From contig JAZDJN010000018.1 of the NCBI GenBank assembly GCA_043803945.1, positions 27,657-91,656 on the forward strand: DNA of 64,000 nt, read 5' to 3'. The first letter of the stretch is position 1; each line of letters opens with the position of its first letter. The notes below the pieces were generated by a model. The model had not been told where the DNA came from and did no database searches. It saw only the letters and a program-made list of their open reading frames with translations. Positions 21,347 through 31,727 of this stretch are shown piece by piece. Source of the stretch: a bacterium. Lineage in GTDB: Bacteria > Bacteroidota > Ignavibacteria > UBA10030. Made by a program: the position numbers and the translations under genes.

Positions 21347-22606
21347 CTACGAAGGGTACCTTCGGAAGAGCAGGGAAGCGTTATGACCACCAAATCCAAA
21401 CGTATTACTGATCGCAACGTTTATTTCCCAGTCCTTGGCCAGGTTGGGTACGTACTCAAGATCACATTCGGGATCGGGTGTTTCGTAGTTGATTGTTGGA
21501 TGTACTTTGTTATGACGGATCGACAAGATCGTCGCTACCGACTCAACGGCACCAGCAGCACCGAGCAAATGCCCGATCATCGACTTCGTGGAATTAATTG
21601 CAAGTTTTTTTGCATGCTCGCCGAATGCTGTCTTAATCGCCGCCGTTTCACTTTTGTCGCCAACCGGCGTTGACGTTCCATGGGTATTGACATACTGCAC
21701 ATCGGTTGGCTCCAGCCCCGCATCTTTGATAGCGAGCCGCATCGATCGCACAGCCCCTTCTCCGCCGGGTGCCGGTTCGGTAATGTGATGGGCATCTCCG
21801 GTCAGGCCGATTCCAGAAAGTTCACAATAGATGTTCGCTCCGCGATTTAAGGCGTGGTTGAGTTCTTCAAGGATCAGGATGGCTCCTCCTTCTCCCATAA
21901 CAAACCCATCACGATTTAAATCGAACGGCCGGCTTGCTTTCTCGGGTGCATCGTTTCGTGTCGATAATGCTCGTGCCGCATTGAATCCACCGACACCCAT
22001 CGGGCAGATTGCTGCTTCGGCACCGCCGCTGACCATCATATCAGCGTCTCCCCGCTGCAGAATCATAAACGAATCGGCAATCGAGTGTGACGATGTGGCA
22101 CACGCCGATGTTGTTGAATAGTTCGGCCCTTTCAGACCATAACGCATAGAAATTCTTCCGGGTGCGATATCCGCAATCATCATCGGGATAAAGAAGGGAC
22201 TAATCTGCCGCGGCCCTCCTGTCTCCCAGACGGTCATCTGCTGCTTGTGGTATGTCCACAACCCGCCGATTCCGGAGCCCACAATAACTCCCACCCGTTC
22301 ACGATTGACTTTTTCCCATTGCACGCCGGAATCGGCAATAGCCATCTCCGCGGCGGCCAGGGCGTAATGGGTAAATGGATCGCTTCGTTGCGAAAGTTTT
22401 CGATCCATGAATTTCAGCGGATCGAATCCTTTTAACTCGCATGCAAATTTGGTATCGTACTTTGTTGTATCGAAGTAGGTTATCGGTCCCGCTCCACTCT
22501 TGCCGGCCAGAAGATTACTCCAATACTCATGCACCGTCAATCCGATGGGTGTTACCACACCCATCCCCGTAACTACCACACGCCGCTTTTGCCCGTTCGA
22601 TGCCAT
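21347..22606 (-). CDS. fabF: 3-oxoacyl-ACP synthase II
   Basis: RVVVTGMG, SACATS, HGTST and NTFGFGGHN. Confidence 0.97.
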   Translation of the reverse strand: MASNGQKRRVVVTGMGVVTPIGLTVHEYWSNLLAGKSGAGPITYFDTTKYDTKFACELKGFDPLKFMDRKLSQRSDPFTHYALAAAEMAIADSGVQWEKVNRERVGVIVGSGIGGLWTYHKQQMTVWETGGPRQISPFFIPMMIADIAPGRISMRYGLKGPNYSTTSACATSSHSIADSFMILQRGDADMMVSGGAEAAICPMGVGGFNAARALSTRNDAPEKASRPFDLNRDGFVMGEGGAILILEELNHALNRGANIYCELSGIGLTGDAHHITEPAPGGEGAVRSMRLAIKDAGLEPTDVQYVNTHGTSTPVGDKSETAAIKTAFGEHAKKLAINSTKSMIGHLLGAAGAVESVATILSIRHNKVHPTINYETPDPECDLEYVPNLAKDWEINVAISNTFGFGGHNASLLFRRYPS

Positions 22607-22733
22607 ACACTATTCATCCTTTTGTGGATAGAGTTCTTCGAAATTCAGCAGGACAATCTCACCAGGATGAGATCCCTCCGCTCCATCACGAAGCGGAGGG
22701 TCATGCTAAATACTTCTTCAAGGGTGCACTAAT

Positions 22734-22970
22734 TTAGGAGACCTTTGACTTCAGGTAGTTAATTGCATCTCCAACTGTCGAGATCTTCTCAGCATCCTCA
22801 TCGGGGATCTGGAGGTTAAATGCTTTTTCAAACTCCATGACCAACTCAACAGTATCAAGAGAATCTGCACCAAGGTCATTTGTGAAGGAAGCTTCGGGGG
22901 TGATTTGGGCTTCATCGACACCAAGTTTGGAGACAATGATTTCTATCACTTTTTTATCGACATCTGCCAT
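22734..22970 (-). CDS. acpP: Acyl carrier protein
   Basis: [14 protein letters not shown]. Confidence 0.98.
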   Translation of the reverse strand: MADVDKKVIEIIVSKLGVDEAQITPEASFTNDLGADSLDTVELVMEFEKAFNLQIPDEDAEKISTVGDAINYLKSKVS

Positions 22971-23017
22971 AAATGATCTCCTTTCGAGATTGATAATAAT
23001 GAAGAATGAGATTGAAG

Positions 23018-23764
23018 TTACATTGCAATTCCACCGTCAACACACAACACTTGCCCCGTGATGTAACTCGCCGCCGGCGAAGCAAGGAAGACGACAACAC
23101 TGGCTATCTCTTCCGGCCTGGCAGTCCGTTTCATCGGAATAATATTCATCAGCGCCTGCCGCTGTTGCTCAGTAAGTTTGTGGGTCATGGAGGTCTCCAC
23201 ATAACCCGGAGCGACCGCGTTCACATGAATATTGCGAGATGCAAGCTCTTTTGCAAGCGTTTTTGTAAGACCAATGACTCCCGCCTTGGAGGCTGAGTAA
23301 TTGACCTGCCCCGCATTCCCAATAAGCCCAACAACTGAAGCAATATTGATGATTTTCCCCTCCCTCTGGCCGATCATTTGACGGGAGGCCGCCTTACAGA
23401 AATTAAAGGTCCCTTTTAAATTTGTGTCGATCACAGCATCCCACTCTTCTTCGGACATTCGCATTAAAAGGTTGTCCCGGGTAATGCCTGCATTGTTGAC
23501 AAGAATATCGACACGCCCGAATTCCTTGACGACCGTATCCACTGCGCCCTGACTGGAAGAAAAATCGCGCACGTCAGACTGAAGAGCGAGAGCTTTCAAT
23601 CCTTTCGATCGAATTGTCGACATCAACTCATCTGCATCCGCATCCAGTTTGATGTCCGTGAATGCAACATGGGATCCTTCAGCGGCGAAAGCAAGACTGA
23701 TGGCCCGCCCGATCCCCCGTGCTCCTCCCGTGACCAACGCTATTTTGTTCTCAAGAATTCCCAT
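23018..23764 (-). CDS. fabG: 3-oxoacyl-ACP reductase
   Basis: [16 protein letters not shown] and YSASK; located in the fab operon. Confidence 0.96.
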   Translation of the reverse strand: MGILENKIALVTGGARGIGRAISLAFAAEGSHVAFTDIKLDADADELMSTIRSKGLKALALQSDVRDFSSSQGAVDTVVKEFGRVDILVNNAGITRDNLLMRMSEEEWDAVIDTNLKGTFNFCKAASRQMIGQREGKIINIASVVGLIGNAGQVNYSASKAGVIGLTKTLAKELASRNIHVNAVAPGYVETSMTHKLTEQQRQALMNIIPMKRTARPEEIASVVVFLASPAASYITGQVLCVDGGIAM

Positions 23765-23850
23765 CGTTCCGGTACCTTTCAATCATATTGACCTGGTAAT
23801 ACCTGTCCCGTCATATAATCGGAAGCAGGTGATTCAAAAAACCTCGTTCA

Positions 23851-24762
23851 TTATGCACGATGCACATCGCCCGCTTTTTCAATCCCGCGGGTTTCGGCAG
23901 CCGAATGAATTCGTTTCACCAATCCTTGTAACACTTTCCCCGGTCCGAGCTCAATGAACAATGAAGCACCATCCGCGGCCATGTTGACCACAGTCTCTTC
24001 CCAGCGTACGGGGCTCGTCAATTGCCGGAACAATAATTCGCGAATGTCCGATGCATTCTGCACCGGCTTCGCAGTGACATTGGCATAGACAGGAATTCGT
24101 GCATTGTTCATTTCTGTTTTATCGAGAGCCGCTTTTAATCCGGTTCGGGCAGACTCCATCAAGGGTGAATGAAATGCACCGCTCACTGGCAGTTCCTTCA
24201 CCAGCTTTGCACCGTTCGTTTTTGCCAGCTCCATCGCTCTTCGTACACCGCTCACCGATCCCGAGATCACAATTTGGCCCGGAGAATTAAAATTGGCCGG
24301 TTGGACAATCCCCGCTTCACGTGCATCGGCACAGACTTTTTCAATACGCGCAGGGTCAAGGCCAACCACGGCTGCCATCGTTCCAGGCTGATCGATTCCT
24401 GCCTGCTGCATTAATTCACCGCGGAGCCGCACGAGTTTTAATCCATCCTCAAAAGTCAAAGTACCGGCATACACAAGTGCTGAATATTCTCCCAGCGAAT
24501 GACCGGCTGCCATCACTGCTTGCTCAGCCCGATACAGTTCCGCAACCACCATACTGTGCAGATAAATTGCAGGTTGGGTATTCTTCGTTTGTCTGAGTTC
24601 CTCTTCCGGCCCTTCGAAGCAGATCCTGCTCAGGGCAATCCCGAGAATGCCGTCGGCTGCATCGAACATCTCCTTTGCGCGGCTGTTCTGCTCGTAAAGA
24701 TCCTTACCCATGCCGACATACTGTGAGCCCTGACCGGGAAAAATGAATGCCTGCTTGCTCAT
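23851..24762 (-). CDS. fabD: Malonyl CoA-ACP transacylase
   Basis: FPGQGSQ, GHSLGEY and VSGAFHS. Confidence 0.97.
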   Translation of the reverse strand: MSKQAFIFPGQGSQYVGMGKDLYEQNSRAKEMFDAADGILGIALSRICFEGPEEELRQTKNTQPAIYLHSMVVAELYRAEQAVMAAGHSLGEYSALVYAGTLTFEDGLKLVRLRGELMQQAGIDQPGTMAAVVGLDPARIEKVCADAREAGIVQPANFNSPGQIVISGSVSGVRRAMELAKTNGAKLVKELPVSGAFHSPLMESARTGLKAALDKTEMNNARIPVYANVTAKPVQNASDIRELLFRQLTSPVRWEETVVNMAADGASLFIELGPGKVLQGLVKRIHSAAETRGIEKAGDVHRA

Positions 24763-24768
24763 GCAAAA

Positions 24769-25776
24769 TTATTTCTCCGGCGACTCGATAGACCAGCGGA
24801 AGAGTGATGCGCCCCAGGTGTATCCGGCACCGAAGCTTGCCAATATGACATTCTGACCCTTCTTTAATTTTCCCGCCTGCCACCATTCAGAGAGACAGAG
24901 GGGAATTGTTGCCGCTGTTGTGTTGCCATACCTATTAATATTGATCATCACTTTCGATGGATCGAGGCCCATGCGGCTGGCGGTTGCATCGATAATGCGC
25001 AGGTTGGCCTGATGCGGAACGAGCCAGGCGATATCCTCGGATTTCAAATTGTTTCGCTCCATAATTTCAACGGAGACATCGGCCATTCCCATCACGGCAC
25101 CTTTGAAGACTGCCTTTCCATCCTGGAAAATGACATGCATCTTCTTGTCCACCGTCTCGTGCGTGGGTGGATTCAGGCTTCCGCCGCCTTTCATATGGAG
25201 GAAGGGCGCCCCGGAGCCGTCGGAATAGAGCCGGGTATCGAGCAATCCGAAGGCGGGATCTTCTGAAGGCTCCAACAACACCGCACCGGCAGCGTCGCCG
25301 AACAAGACACAGGTGTTGCGATCGGTATAATCCATGATGCTGCTCATCTTGTCGGCACCGACAATGAGTACTTTTGAATGTGCACCAGACTCAATAAATT
25401 GAGATCCTGTAAAGAGTGCATAAAGAAAACCCGAGCATGCTGCTGAGAGATCGAACCCCCACGCGTTGCGGGCACCAACTTTATCCTGCACAACGCAGGC
25501 AGTGGAGGGAAAGAACATATCCGGCGTCACAGTTGCGACGATAATTAATTCGATATCGGTGATTTCCACCGTGCTGTTCTTCAAACACGCCTGAATTGCT
25601 CCTGCACACAAATCGGAAGTGGCTCCCTGTGAGAGGATGCGGCGTTCGGAAATTCCTGTGCGCGTTCGGATCCACTCGTCACTGGTGTCAACCATCTTCT
25701 CCAGTTCTTTATTCGTTAACACTGTTTCGGGGACATAATGTCCAATTGCTGTAATCGTTGCTCGCTTCTTATTCAT
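24769..25776 (-). CDS. fabH: 3-oxoacyl-ACP synthase III
   Basis: AACSGF, PHQAN and YGNT. Confidence 0.97.
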   Translation of the reverse strand: MNKKRATITAIGHYVPETVLTNKELEKMVDTSDEWIRTRTGISERRILSQGATSDLCAGAIQACLKNSTVEITDIELIIVATVTPDMFFPSTACVVQDKVGARNAWGFDLSAACSGFLYALFTGSQFIESGAHSKVLIVGADKMSSIMDYTDRNTCVLFGDAAGAVLLEPSEDPAFGLLDTRLYSDGSGAPFLHMKGGGSLNPPTHETVDKKMHVIFQDGKAVFKGAVMGMADVSVEIMERNNLKSEDIAWLVPHQANLRIIDATASRMGLDPSKVMININRYGNTTAATIPLCLSEWWQAGKLKKGQNVILASFGAGYTWGASLFRWSIESPEK

Positions 25777-25818
25777 CTCTCTCGTTTCATTGTGTAATAG
25801 AAATTTCGTGCCTTTACC

Positions 25819-26838
25819 TCATTCAACCGAAGGTAATGAGGCAACAGCTTCTGCGATCGTCTGATGCAGGTCTGATGATGCAACGTCGTACGCTTTTAAG
25901 ACCATATTTTTCAGTGCCTTGGGGGTTGACCCTCCATGGCCGATGAGTGATACACCATTCACGCCGAGCACCGGTACGCCGCCGACCTCTTCATAATCCA
26001 TGTCTTTTAATGCTTTGCGCATCGATCCCCGCGCCAAGCCAAGAATAATCTTGTTGAACAGACTTGTTTCCGCATATTCCTTCAGGCGGTATTTCAAAAA
26101 TCCAGGGACACTTTCTCCAAATTTTAATATGGCATTCCCGACAAATCCATCGCAAACCACGACATGGGCTTTGCCTTTCAGGATGTCTCTGCCCTCAACA
26201 TTGCCAATGAAGTTGAGATTGCTCTTCTCGAAGAGTTCATACGCCTGTTGAACAACCTCTCCGCCTTTTCCTTTTTCTTCACCGACATTTAACAGGCCGA
26301 CAGTGGGATTTTCGTACTTAAAAATTTTCTTTGCATAGATACTGCCCATCACACCAAATTCAAAAAGCTGCCGCGGGCGGCAATCAACGTTGGTACCCGC
26401 ATCCACCAGCAAACATTTCCCTTTGATCGAAGGAAGGAATGTTCCAATCGTTGGCCTGCTGATTCCTTTTATGCGCCCGAGAATCAGCGTTGATGCAGAC
26501 AGGACTGCGCCGGTATTGCCGACGCTGGCGAAGGCTTCGGCGTTTCCCTCCTTGTGAAGATTAATCCCGATTGCAAGAGAAGAATTTTTTTTCTGTTTCA
26601 CCGAAGCGGTGGGAGCATCATCCATCGTAATAACTTCGTCTGCATGGACAACGGAGAGTGAAAGTCCTTCGGTATCGTGTGCGGTGAGTTCATTCCTGAT
26701 GGCCTTTTCATGGCCGACGAGAATAACTTCGAAAGCATTTCCGGATTGACGGAGCGCGGCGACCGCTCCCGCAACTTCATTTGCAGGTGCGTGGTCTCCC
26801 CCCATAGCATCCAAGACGATTCTTATGTTTTGAGCCAT
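25819..26838 (-). CDS. plsX: Phosphate acyltransferase PlsX
   Basis: DAMGGDHAP, NVGEE.GKG and CDGFVGN. Confidence 0.96.
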   Translation of the reverse strand: MAQNIRIVLDAMGGDHAPANEVAGAVAALRQSGNAFEVILVGHEKAIRNELTAHDTEGLSLSVVHADEVITMDDAPTASVKQKKNSSLAIGINLHKEGNAEAFASVGNTGAVLSASTLILGRIKGISRPTIGTFLPSIKGKCLLVDAGTNVDCRPRQLFEFGVMGSIYAKKIFKYENPTVGLLNVGEEKGKGGEVVQQAYELFEKSNLNFIGNVEGRDILKGKAHVVVCDGFVGNAILKFGESVPGFLKYRLKEYAETSLFNKIILGLARGSMRKALKDMDYEEVGGVPVLGVNGVSLIGHGGSTPKALKNMVLKAYDVASSDLHQTIAEAVASLPSVE

Positions 26839-26967
26839 GGGCTCACTGATGTAGTTCCCAATCTAGGTTCATATGAAGCCGAGATTGATCCGGTGAACTT
26901 TTCGCCAGAGAAAGAAAATCCCGCCGGAGAAAACAGCGGGGCAGGCAGAGCACACCGGAGAATACAA

Positions 26968-27150
26968 TTAGGCTTTCTTCGGGATGATAATGGAGCGCCC
27001 ATTATAAAAACCGCAGTTGGGGCACGCTCTGTGTTGAAGCTTTTGTTCGTGGCAATTCGGACATTCGGCTGTCGCCGGAACTGTGGCCTTGTAATGCGTA
27101 CGGCGTTTGCGTCCGCGAGCTTTCGAATGACGTCGTTTTGGATTTGGCAT
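26968..27150 (-). CDS. rpmF: 50S ribosomal protein L32
   Basis: [10 protein letters not shown]..., CxxC...HRACPNCG.Y. Confidence 0.96.
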   Translation of the reverse strand: MPNPKRRHSKARGRKRRTHYKATVPATAECPNCHEQKLQHRACPNCGFYNGRSIIIPKKA

Positions 27151-27298
27151 AGCGTGAATCCTTATAAATGCTTGAGTAGTACTGTTTCAATCTTTTTCTA
27201 TCTTGAACCGGCAAAACATTGCGCTCACAAACTTGTTCCGATGCCAGGAGTTGAGAGAAAAGTGACTTCCCGATGATGTCCGTCGCACCCTTCTACTC

Positions 27299-27805
27299 TT
27301 AATTTGCGCTGAATTTTTTCAGCCCTTCCCAGCGCGAATCGAGCTCATCCTCTTCGCAACTGCAGATGGTATGGTTCAGATTCGTACCGCACGTTGGGCA
27401 AAGCCCTTTACATTCTTCCGTACATAACAACTTTTGCGGAAGTGCGAGTATCGCAAACTGCCTCACATCTTCATCCAGATCGATATGATTCGTGTCTGGT
27501 GAGATGGTTACGACTTCCTGTTCTTCCCGCTTCGAAACACCTTGGGAGTCTGTTACATAAATCATTGAGAACTGAGTCTCGATCTTTTTCTCAAATTCAT
27601 CCAGGCAGCGGTCACAAGAGAAAAGCCCACCCATGTCGAATTTAACTTGTACATACAACTGTCGGCTCGTTTTTTCGAGGATGACGGTGAGCCGGACTAT
27701 TTGAGTTAAGCGTTCATCGAGACCGATCTCCTGAGGATGTGCCTCAAGAAGGCGTTCATGAACTCCTTCCGGCAGCTTAGAGATATTGATTCGCAAGCTG
27801 TGCAT
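27299..27805 (-). CDS. yceD: DUF177/YceD family protein
   Basis: CDRCL and LC.EECKGLCP.CG.NLN; upstream of rpmF. Confidence 0.9.
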   Translation of the reverse strand: MHSLRINISKLPEGVHERLLEAHPQEIGLDERLTQIVRLTVILEKTSRQLYVQVKFDMGGLFSCDRCLDEFEKKIETQFSMIYVTDSQGVSKREEQEVVTISPDTNHIDLDEDVRQFAILALPQKLLCTEECKGLCPTCGTNLNHTICSCEEDELDSRWEGLKKFSAN

Positions 27806-27891
27806 AGTCTCTCCCAACGACGTCAGATTTCCTGCCGGAAAAATCCGGATTTCTTCAATAAAAAGAGCGTTTTTCGAAAAAATGCACGGAA

Positions 27892-27920
27892 AATATACGG
27901 ATTAGGGGCTATAGAGTCAA
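27892..27920 (-). promoter_or_regulatory. sigma70 promoter of the yceD-rpmF-plsX-fab operon
   Basis: Minus strand TTGACT-N17-TATATT. Confidence 0.65.
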
Positions 27921-28350
27921 GCTTTTTTAGGAATGATGAAAGAGACCTTACATTGCGGAGAGCAGGAAGCAGATAAAATCCGATTGTGGGGATTAATCAA
28001 AAAATAATTCGACAAAACACATTAAGGAGCATGATGAATATGAGGAATAGATGAAATACATGATCTGTTCTTTTATGAGTCAAACCACTAAATTTATACT
28101 CACAGCAATATTCATCGATGCAATTTTCAGAAAAACAGTTAGATAAAGACAGTCGAAAGTGAGCGTAGAACGAAGAGAGAATCATCCTTTGATAGAGAGG
28201 TGTGATGGTGAGAAGGTGGGCTTTTCTGACCTTGCAACCAGCGTCTTTTTCGATTCCTTGATTTTCGTGCCATTTTTCGCTAACTAAGCTTCGAAATTTC
28301 TTAAGAGAACAGCAGTCCAAGCACCATTACATCAAATGCTCTTTTATTGA

Positions 28351-29223
28351 ATGCCAAACATTTACTTTTTTTCAGATGCACATTTAGGAATCGGCTCAAA
28401 AGAAGAGGAGACACAAAAAGAACGGGCCATTATTCGCTTCCTCGACTTTGTTCGATTTCATGGAAGTGAACTCTATATAGTCGGCGACCTGTTCGATTAC
28501 TGGTTTGAATATTCAACCGTCGTCCCGAAGGGATACTTCAGACTCTTCACAAAATTATCGGAATTAACAGAAGCCGGTATCCACATCACTTTTATCGTTG
28601 GCAATCACGATGCCTGGGCCGGTCAGTATTTTATAGAGGAGTTGGGAATTGAAGTATCTCGCTATCCCATCGAACGGACGATCATGGGAAAACGGTTCCT
28701 TATTCACCACGGCGATGGATTGTTAAAGAAAGACACAGGTTACCACATCTTAAAACGGATCCTCCGAAACAGAATAAATATTTTTCTGTACTCACTTCTT
28801 CATCCTGATCTGACTGGAGGGATTGCTCGTTGGTCGTCTCGCAAAAGCCGTAAGTATACTTCCAACAAGCACTACGAAGAAGATGATATGGTCAAATTTG
28901 CAGAGCAAAAAATTCGTGAGGGATTTGACTATATCGTGATGGGTCATAACCATACCTCACAACTCAGGAACATTGGACAGGGAAGATACGTCAACCTTGG
29001 AGATTGGATCATCAATTCAACTTATGCCGAATTTGACGGCGAGCACCTGCTCCTGAAGCAATGGAATACGATAGAAAACGAATCTCCCAGTGCGGTTGAA
29101 GAAGTTGCTGTCGTTCCTGAACGGACGTTCAAAGAAAACATCCGGAAACGCAAACGGACATTGGCCACCCAGAGGCCGGCTGCACGCAATTCCCAAAAAA
29201 TACGGCACAAACGCAGACGATGA
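28351..29223 (+). CDS. lpxH: UDP-2,3-diacylglucosamine diphosphatase (metallophosphoesterase)
   Basis: SDAH, GDLFDYW, GNHD, HGD, GHNH and NLGDW motifs. Confidence 0.85.
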   Translation: MPNIYFFSDAHLGIGSKEEETQKERAIIRFLDFVRFHGSELYIVGDLFDYWFEYSTVVPKGYFRLFTKLSELTEAGIHITFIVGNHDAWAGQYFIEELGIEVSRYPIERTIMGKRFLIHHGDGLLKKDTGYHILKRILRNRINIFLYSLLHPDLTGGIARWSSRKSRKYTSNKHYEEDDMVKFAEQKIREGFDYIVMGHNHTSQLRNIGQGRYVNLGDWIINSTYAEFDGEHLLLKQWNTIENESPSAVEEVAVVPERTFKENIRKRKRTLATQRPAARNSQKIRHKRRR

Positions 29224-29261
29224 TTGACATAGTCAATTCGTGAGAGAGAACCGAATAAGCA

Positions 29262-31565
29262 ATGGCAAAGCGAAAAATTAGTTCGGAAGATATGGAGCGG
29301 TATTTTAACGACCCAGAATACCGGCGCTCATTTCTAAAGCGCAGCAAAGGATTTATCCGACGCTTTTGGAAATGGTTTCTCGCCGCCGGCACAATAATGC
29401 TCGGCCTGTCGGTCTGGTATGGATTTTATGTGGCGGGCGGATTACCCTCGTTGGAGCGCCTTGAAAATCCTGCCTCCGAGCTTGACTTGGCTTCCAAGGT
29501 GTATTCAAGCGATAATGTTGTGATCCATTTATATCATCGCGGTCAAAACAGAACTCCCGTTCCTCTCGATTCAATTCCTCCCTATCTCATTCAGGCATTA
29601 ATCTCCACTGAGGATAAGGATTTTTTCGACCACTGGGGTGTCAACTCTTCCCGGTTTATTCGCCAGATGGTATTAAACGTCTTGACCCTCCGGAAAGCAG
29701 GCGCAAGCACTATTACACAACAGCTCGCCCGTAGTTTGTATAACCTGAAAGAACGGAATGAAAACCTTTTCGCTCTTCTCACAAGGAAAATCCGGGAATT
29801 GATTACCTCAGTCCAGATTGAACGGAACTTTACCAAACGGGAGATACTGGAGCTGTATCTCAATGTTGTTTGGTACGGTGGCAGTACGTATGGAATTGAA
29901 ACTGCCGCATCGCGTTTCTTTGATAAACCGGTGAAAAATTTAACGCTGGGGGAATCGACTTTCCTCGTTGGCATTCTGCCAAATCCCGGCCTCTACAATC
30001 CACTCAGGAACCCGGAAGGAGCTTTTAACAGACGGAGTATCGTGCTCTCTCAGCTCGTGAAGGATGGACACCTGACTTCAACTGAAGCAGAACAGGTTCG
30101 AAAAGACAGTCTGATTTTTAAAATGCACGAACAGGAAATGCTAGGCGGTATAGCCCCGCATTTTGTGGAGTCCATCCGGCAGCAGCTTGAACAGAAGCAA
30201 GAGCAGTACGGATTCGATCTGTACACCGGCGGTCTGAAGATCTACACGACACTTGATAGCCGGTTGCAGCGCTATGCCAATCGAGCCGTGGAGGAACATC
30301 TGGCAGGACATCAGCAGCAATTTGATAAATCCTGGAAGTGGGAACGCCATGTTGATATTCTTCAGGAAAATGTCGATAAAATGATTCGGGACCTCGACGC
30401 CTACAAGAAACTGAAGGGAGATTCACGCGATAGCCTCGTGCGTGCACTCCGAGCCAATCCCGCTTTCGTTGACTCGGTAAAGAAGGCTGCACAAATGATA
30501 GAGTGTGGATTCGTTTGTATTGATCCACATACAGGGTACATTAAAGCGATGGTTGGAGGCCAGAGTAAGTTTCGTTTCGGGCTCAATCATGTTACACAGA
30601 TTCACCGTCAACCGGGATCAGCTTTTAAAGCCTTCCTCTATACGGCTGCATTGGATAATGGTACTCCACCCTGCTACGAAGTGGTCAACCAGCCTGTAAC
30701 TGTAGCAATGGTTGATGGGACGGAATGGTCGCCAAGAAACTTTGAAGAAGAGTTCGGAGGCATGTTTACTCTCCGCGAAGCATTAAAGCGCTCGATCAAC
30801 CTCGTGGCAGTGAGACTGATAGTGAATGATATCGTTCCTGCTAAGCAGGTGGTTGAATACGCTCATCGGATGGGAATCAAATCGCCAATACCTCCTTACG
30901 AATCAATCGCTCTTGGCAGTGCCGAGGTAACGCCATTGGAAATAACCGCAGCGTATGGAGTGTTTCCAAATGAAGGCGTCTATGTCGAGCCAATCTCCAT
31001 CCTGAAGATTGAAGACAAGGACGGCAACGTCCTTGAAGAGAATATTCCTGAAAAGCGGGAAGCGCTCAGCAAGGAAACGGCTTATCTTATGACAGACCTC
31101 CTTGAAGGCGTGGTGAATGAACTGCATGGCACAGGATTAGGGATCCGTTCCTACTTCTTCCTCCCCGCTGCCGGAAAAACCGGGACGACCGACGATTACG
31201 GCGATGCATGGTTTATCGGTTTCACTCCTCAGTTGGTTGCGGGAATCTGGGTTGGCTTTGACGATCATCGGATAAAATTTTCCGGTTCCGACGGCCAGGG
31301 TGGACGCGCGGCCGCACCGATCTTCGGAAGATTCATGCGTGCGACCTATGAGGATCCCTCCATCGGATTGCAATTGGAATATTTTAAGCAGCCGGATGGT
31401 ATCGTCACCGATACGATTTGTGTGGAATCAAAAAAGAAGGCAACAGAGTTCTGCCCAAAAGATACCACAGAGATTTTCAACATCAAGTATCTGCCCGGTC
31501 CATGCGACATTCACACAACACGAAACTGGAAAGACTCCAAGGAGCGTACGAAAATTAACTGGTAG
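29262..31565 (+). CDS. mrcA: Penicillin-binding protein 1A (bifunctional transglycosylase/transpeptidase)
   Basis: TEDKDF, GASTITQQL, RKIRE; SAFK, SIN and KTGT motifs. Confidence 0.92.
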   Translation: MAKRKISSEDMERYFNDPEYRRSFLKRSKGFIRRFWKWFLAAGTIMLGLSVWYGFYVAGGLPSLERLENPASELDLASKVYSSDNVVIHLYHRGQNRTPVPLDSIPPYLIQALISTEDKDFFDHWGVNSSRFIRQMVLNVLTLRKAGASTITQQLARSLYNLKERNENLFALLTRKIRELITSVQIERNFTKREILELYLNVVWYGGSTYGIETAASRFFDKPVKNLTLGESTFLVGILPNPGLYNPLRNPEGAFNRRSIVLSQLVKDGHLTSTEAEQVRKDSLIFKMHEQEMLGGIAPHFVESIRQQLEQKQEQYGFDLYTGGLKIYTTLDSRLQRYANRAVEEHLAGHQQQFDKSWKWERHVDILQENVDKMIRDLDAYKKLKGDSRDSLVRALRANPAFVDSVKKAAQMIECGFVCIDPHTGYIKAMVGGQSKFRFGLNHVTQIHRQPGSAFKAFLYTAALDNGTPPCYEVVNQPVTVAMVDGTEWSPRNFEEEFGGMFTLREALKRSINLVAVRLIVNDIVPAKQVVEYAHRMGIKSPIPPYESIALGSAEVTPLEITAAYGVFPNEGVYVEPISILKIEDKDGNVLEENIPEKREALSKETAYLMTDLLEGVVNELHGTGLGIRSYFFLPAAGKTGTTDDYGDAWFIGFTPQLVAGIWVGFDDHRIKFSGSDGQGGRAAAPIFGRFMRATYEDPSIGLQLEYFKQPDGIVTDTICVESKKKATEFCPKDTTEIFNIKYLPGPCDIHTTRNWKDSKERTKINW

Positions 31566-31598
31566 CGTTTCAATGAGCAAGTGAGAATTGAATTCATG

Positions 31599-31634
31599 AA
31601 AACAGTCAAGGGCAACCTCTTGACTGTTTTTTTT
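31599..31634 (+). terminator. Rho-independent terminator after PBP1A
   Basis: ACAGTCAAG-loop-CTTGACTGT followed by a T run. Confidence 0.7.
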
Positions 31635-31650
31635 ACACGATCATCCGTAC

Positions 31651-31688
31651 AAAAAGCGAGGGCGGATAAGATGACCGTATCCGCCCTC
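31651..31688 (-). terminator. Rho-independent terminator after the GHL10 gene
   Basis: GAGGGCGGATA...TATCCGCCCTC hairpin with an adjacent A run on + (T run on -). Confidence 0.6.
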
Positions 31689-31727
31689 AGACTATTCTCC
31701 CACACACCCACATGTGTTAGAGAGTTG

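Noticed and set aside
27930-28350. Non-coding gap and 107-aa ORF between yceD and lpxH
   Set aside because: No tRNA or ncRNA signature recognised and the ORF lacks an RBS and motifs; probably a divergent promoter region.
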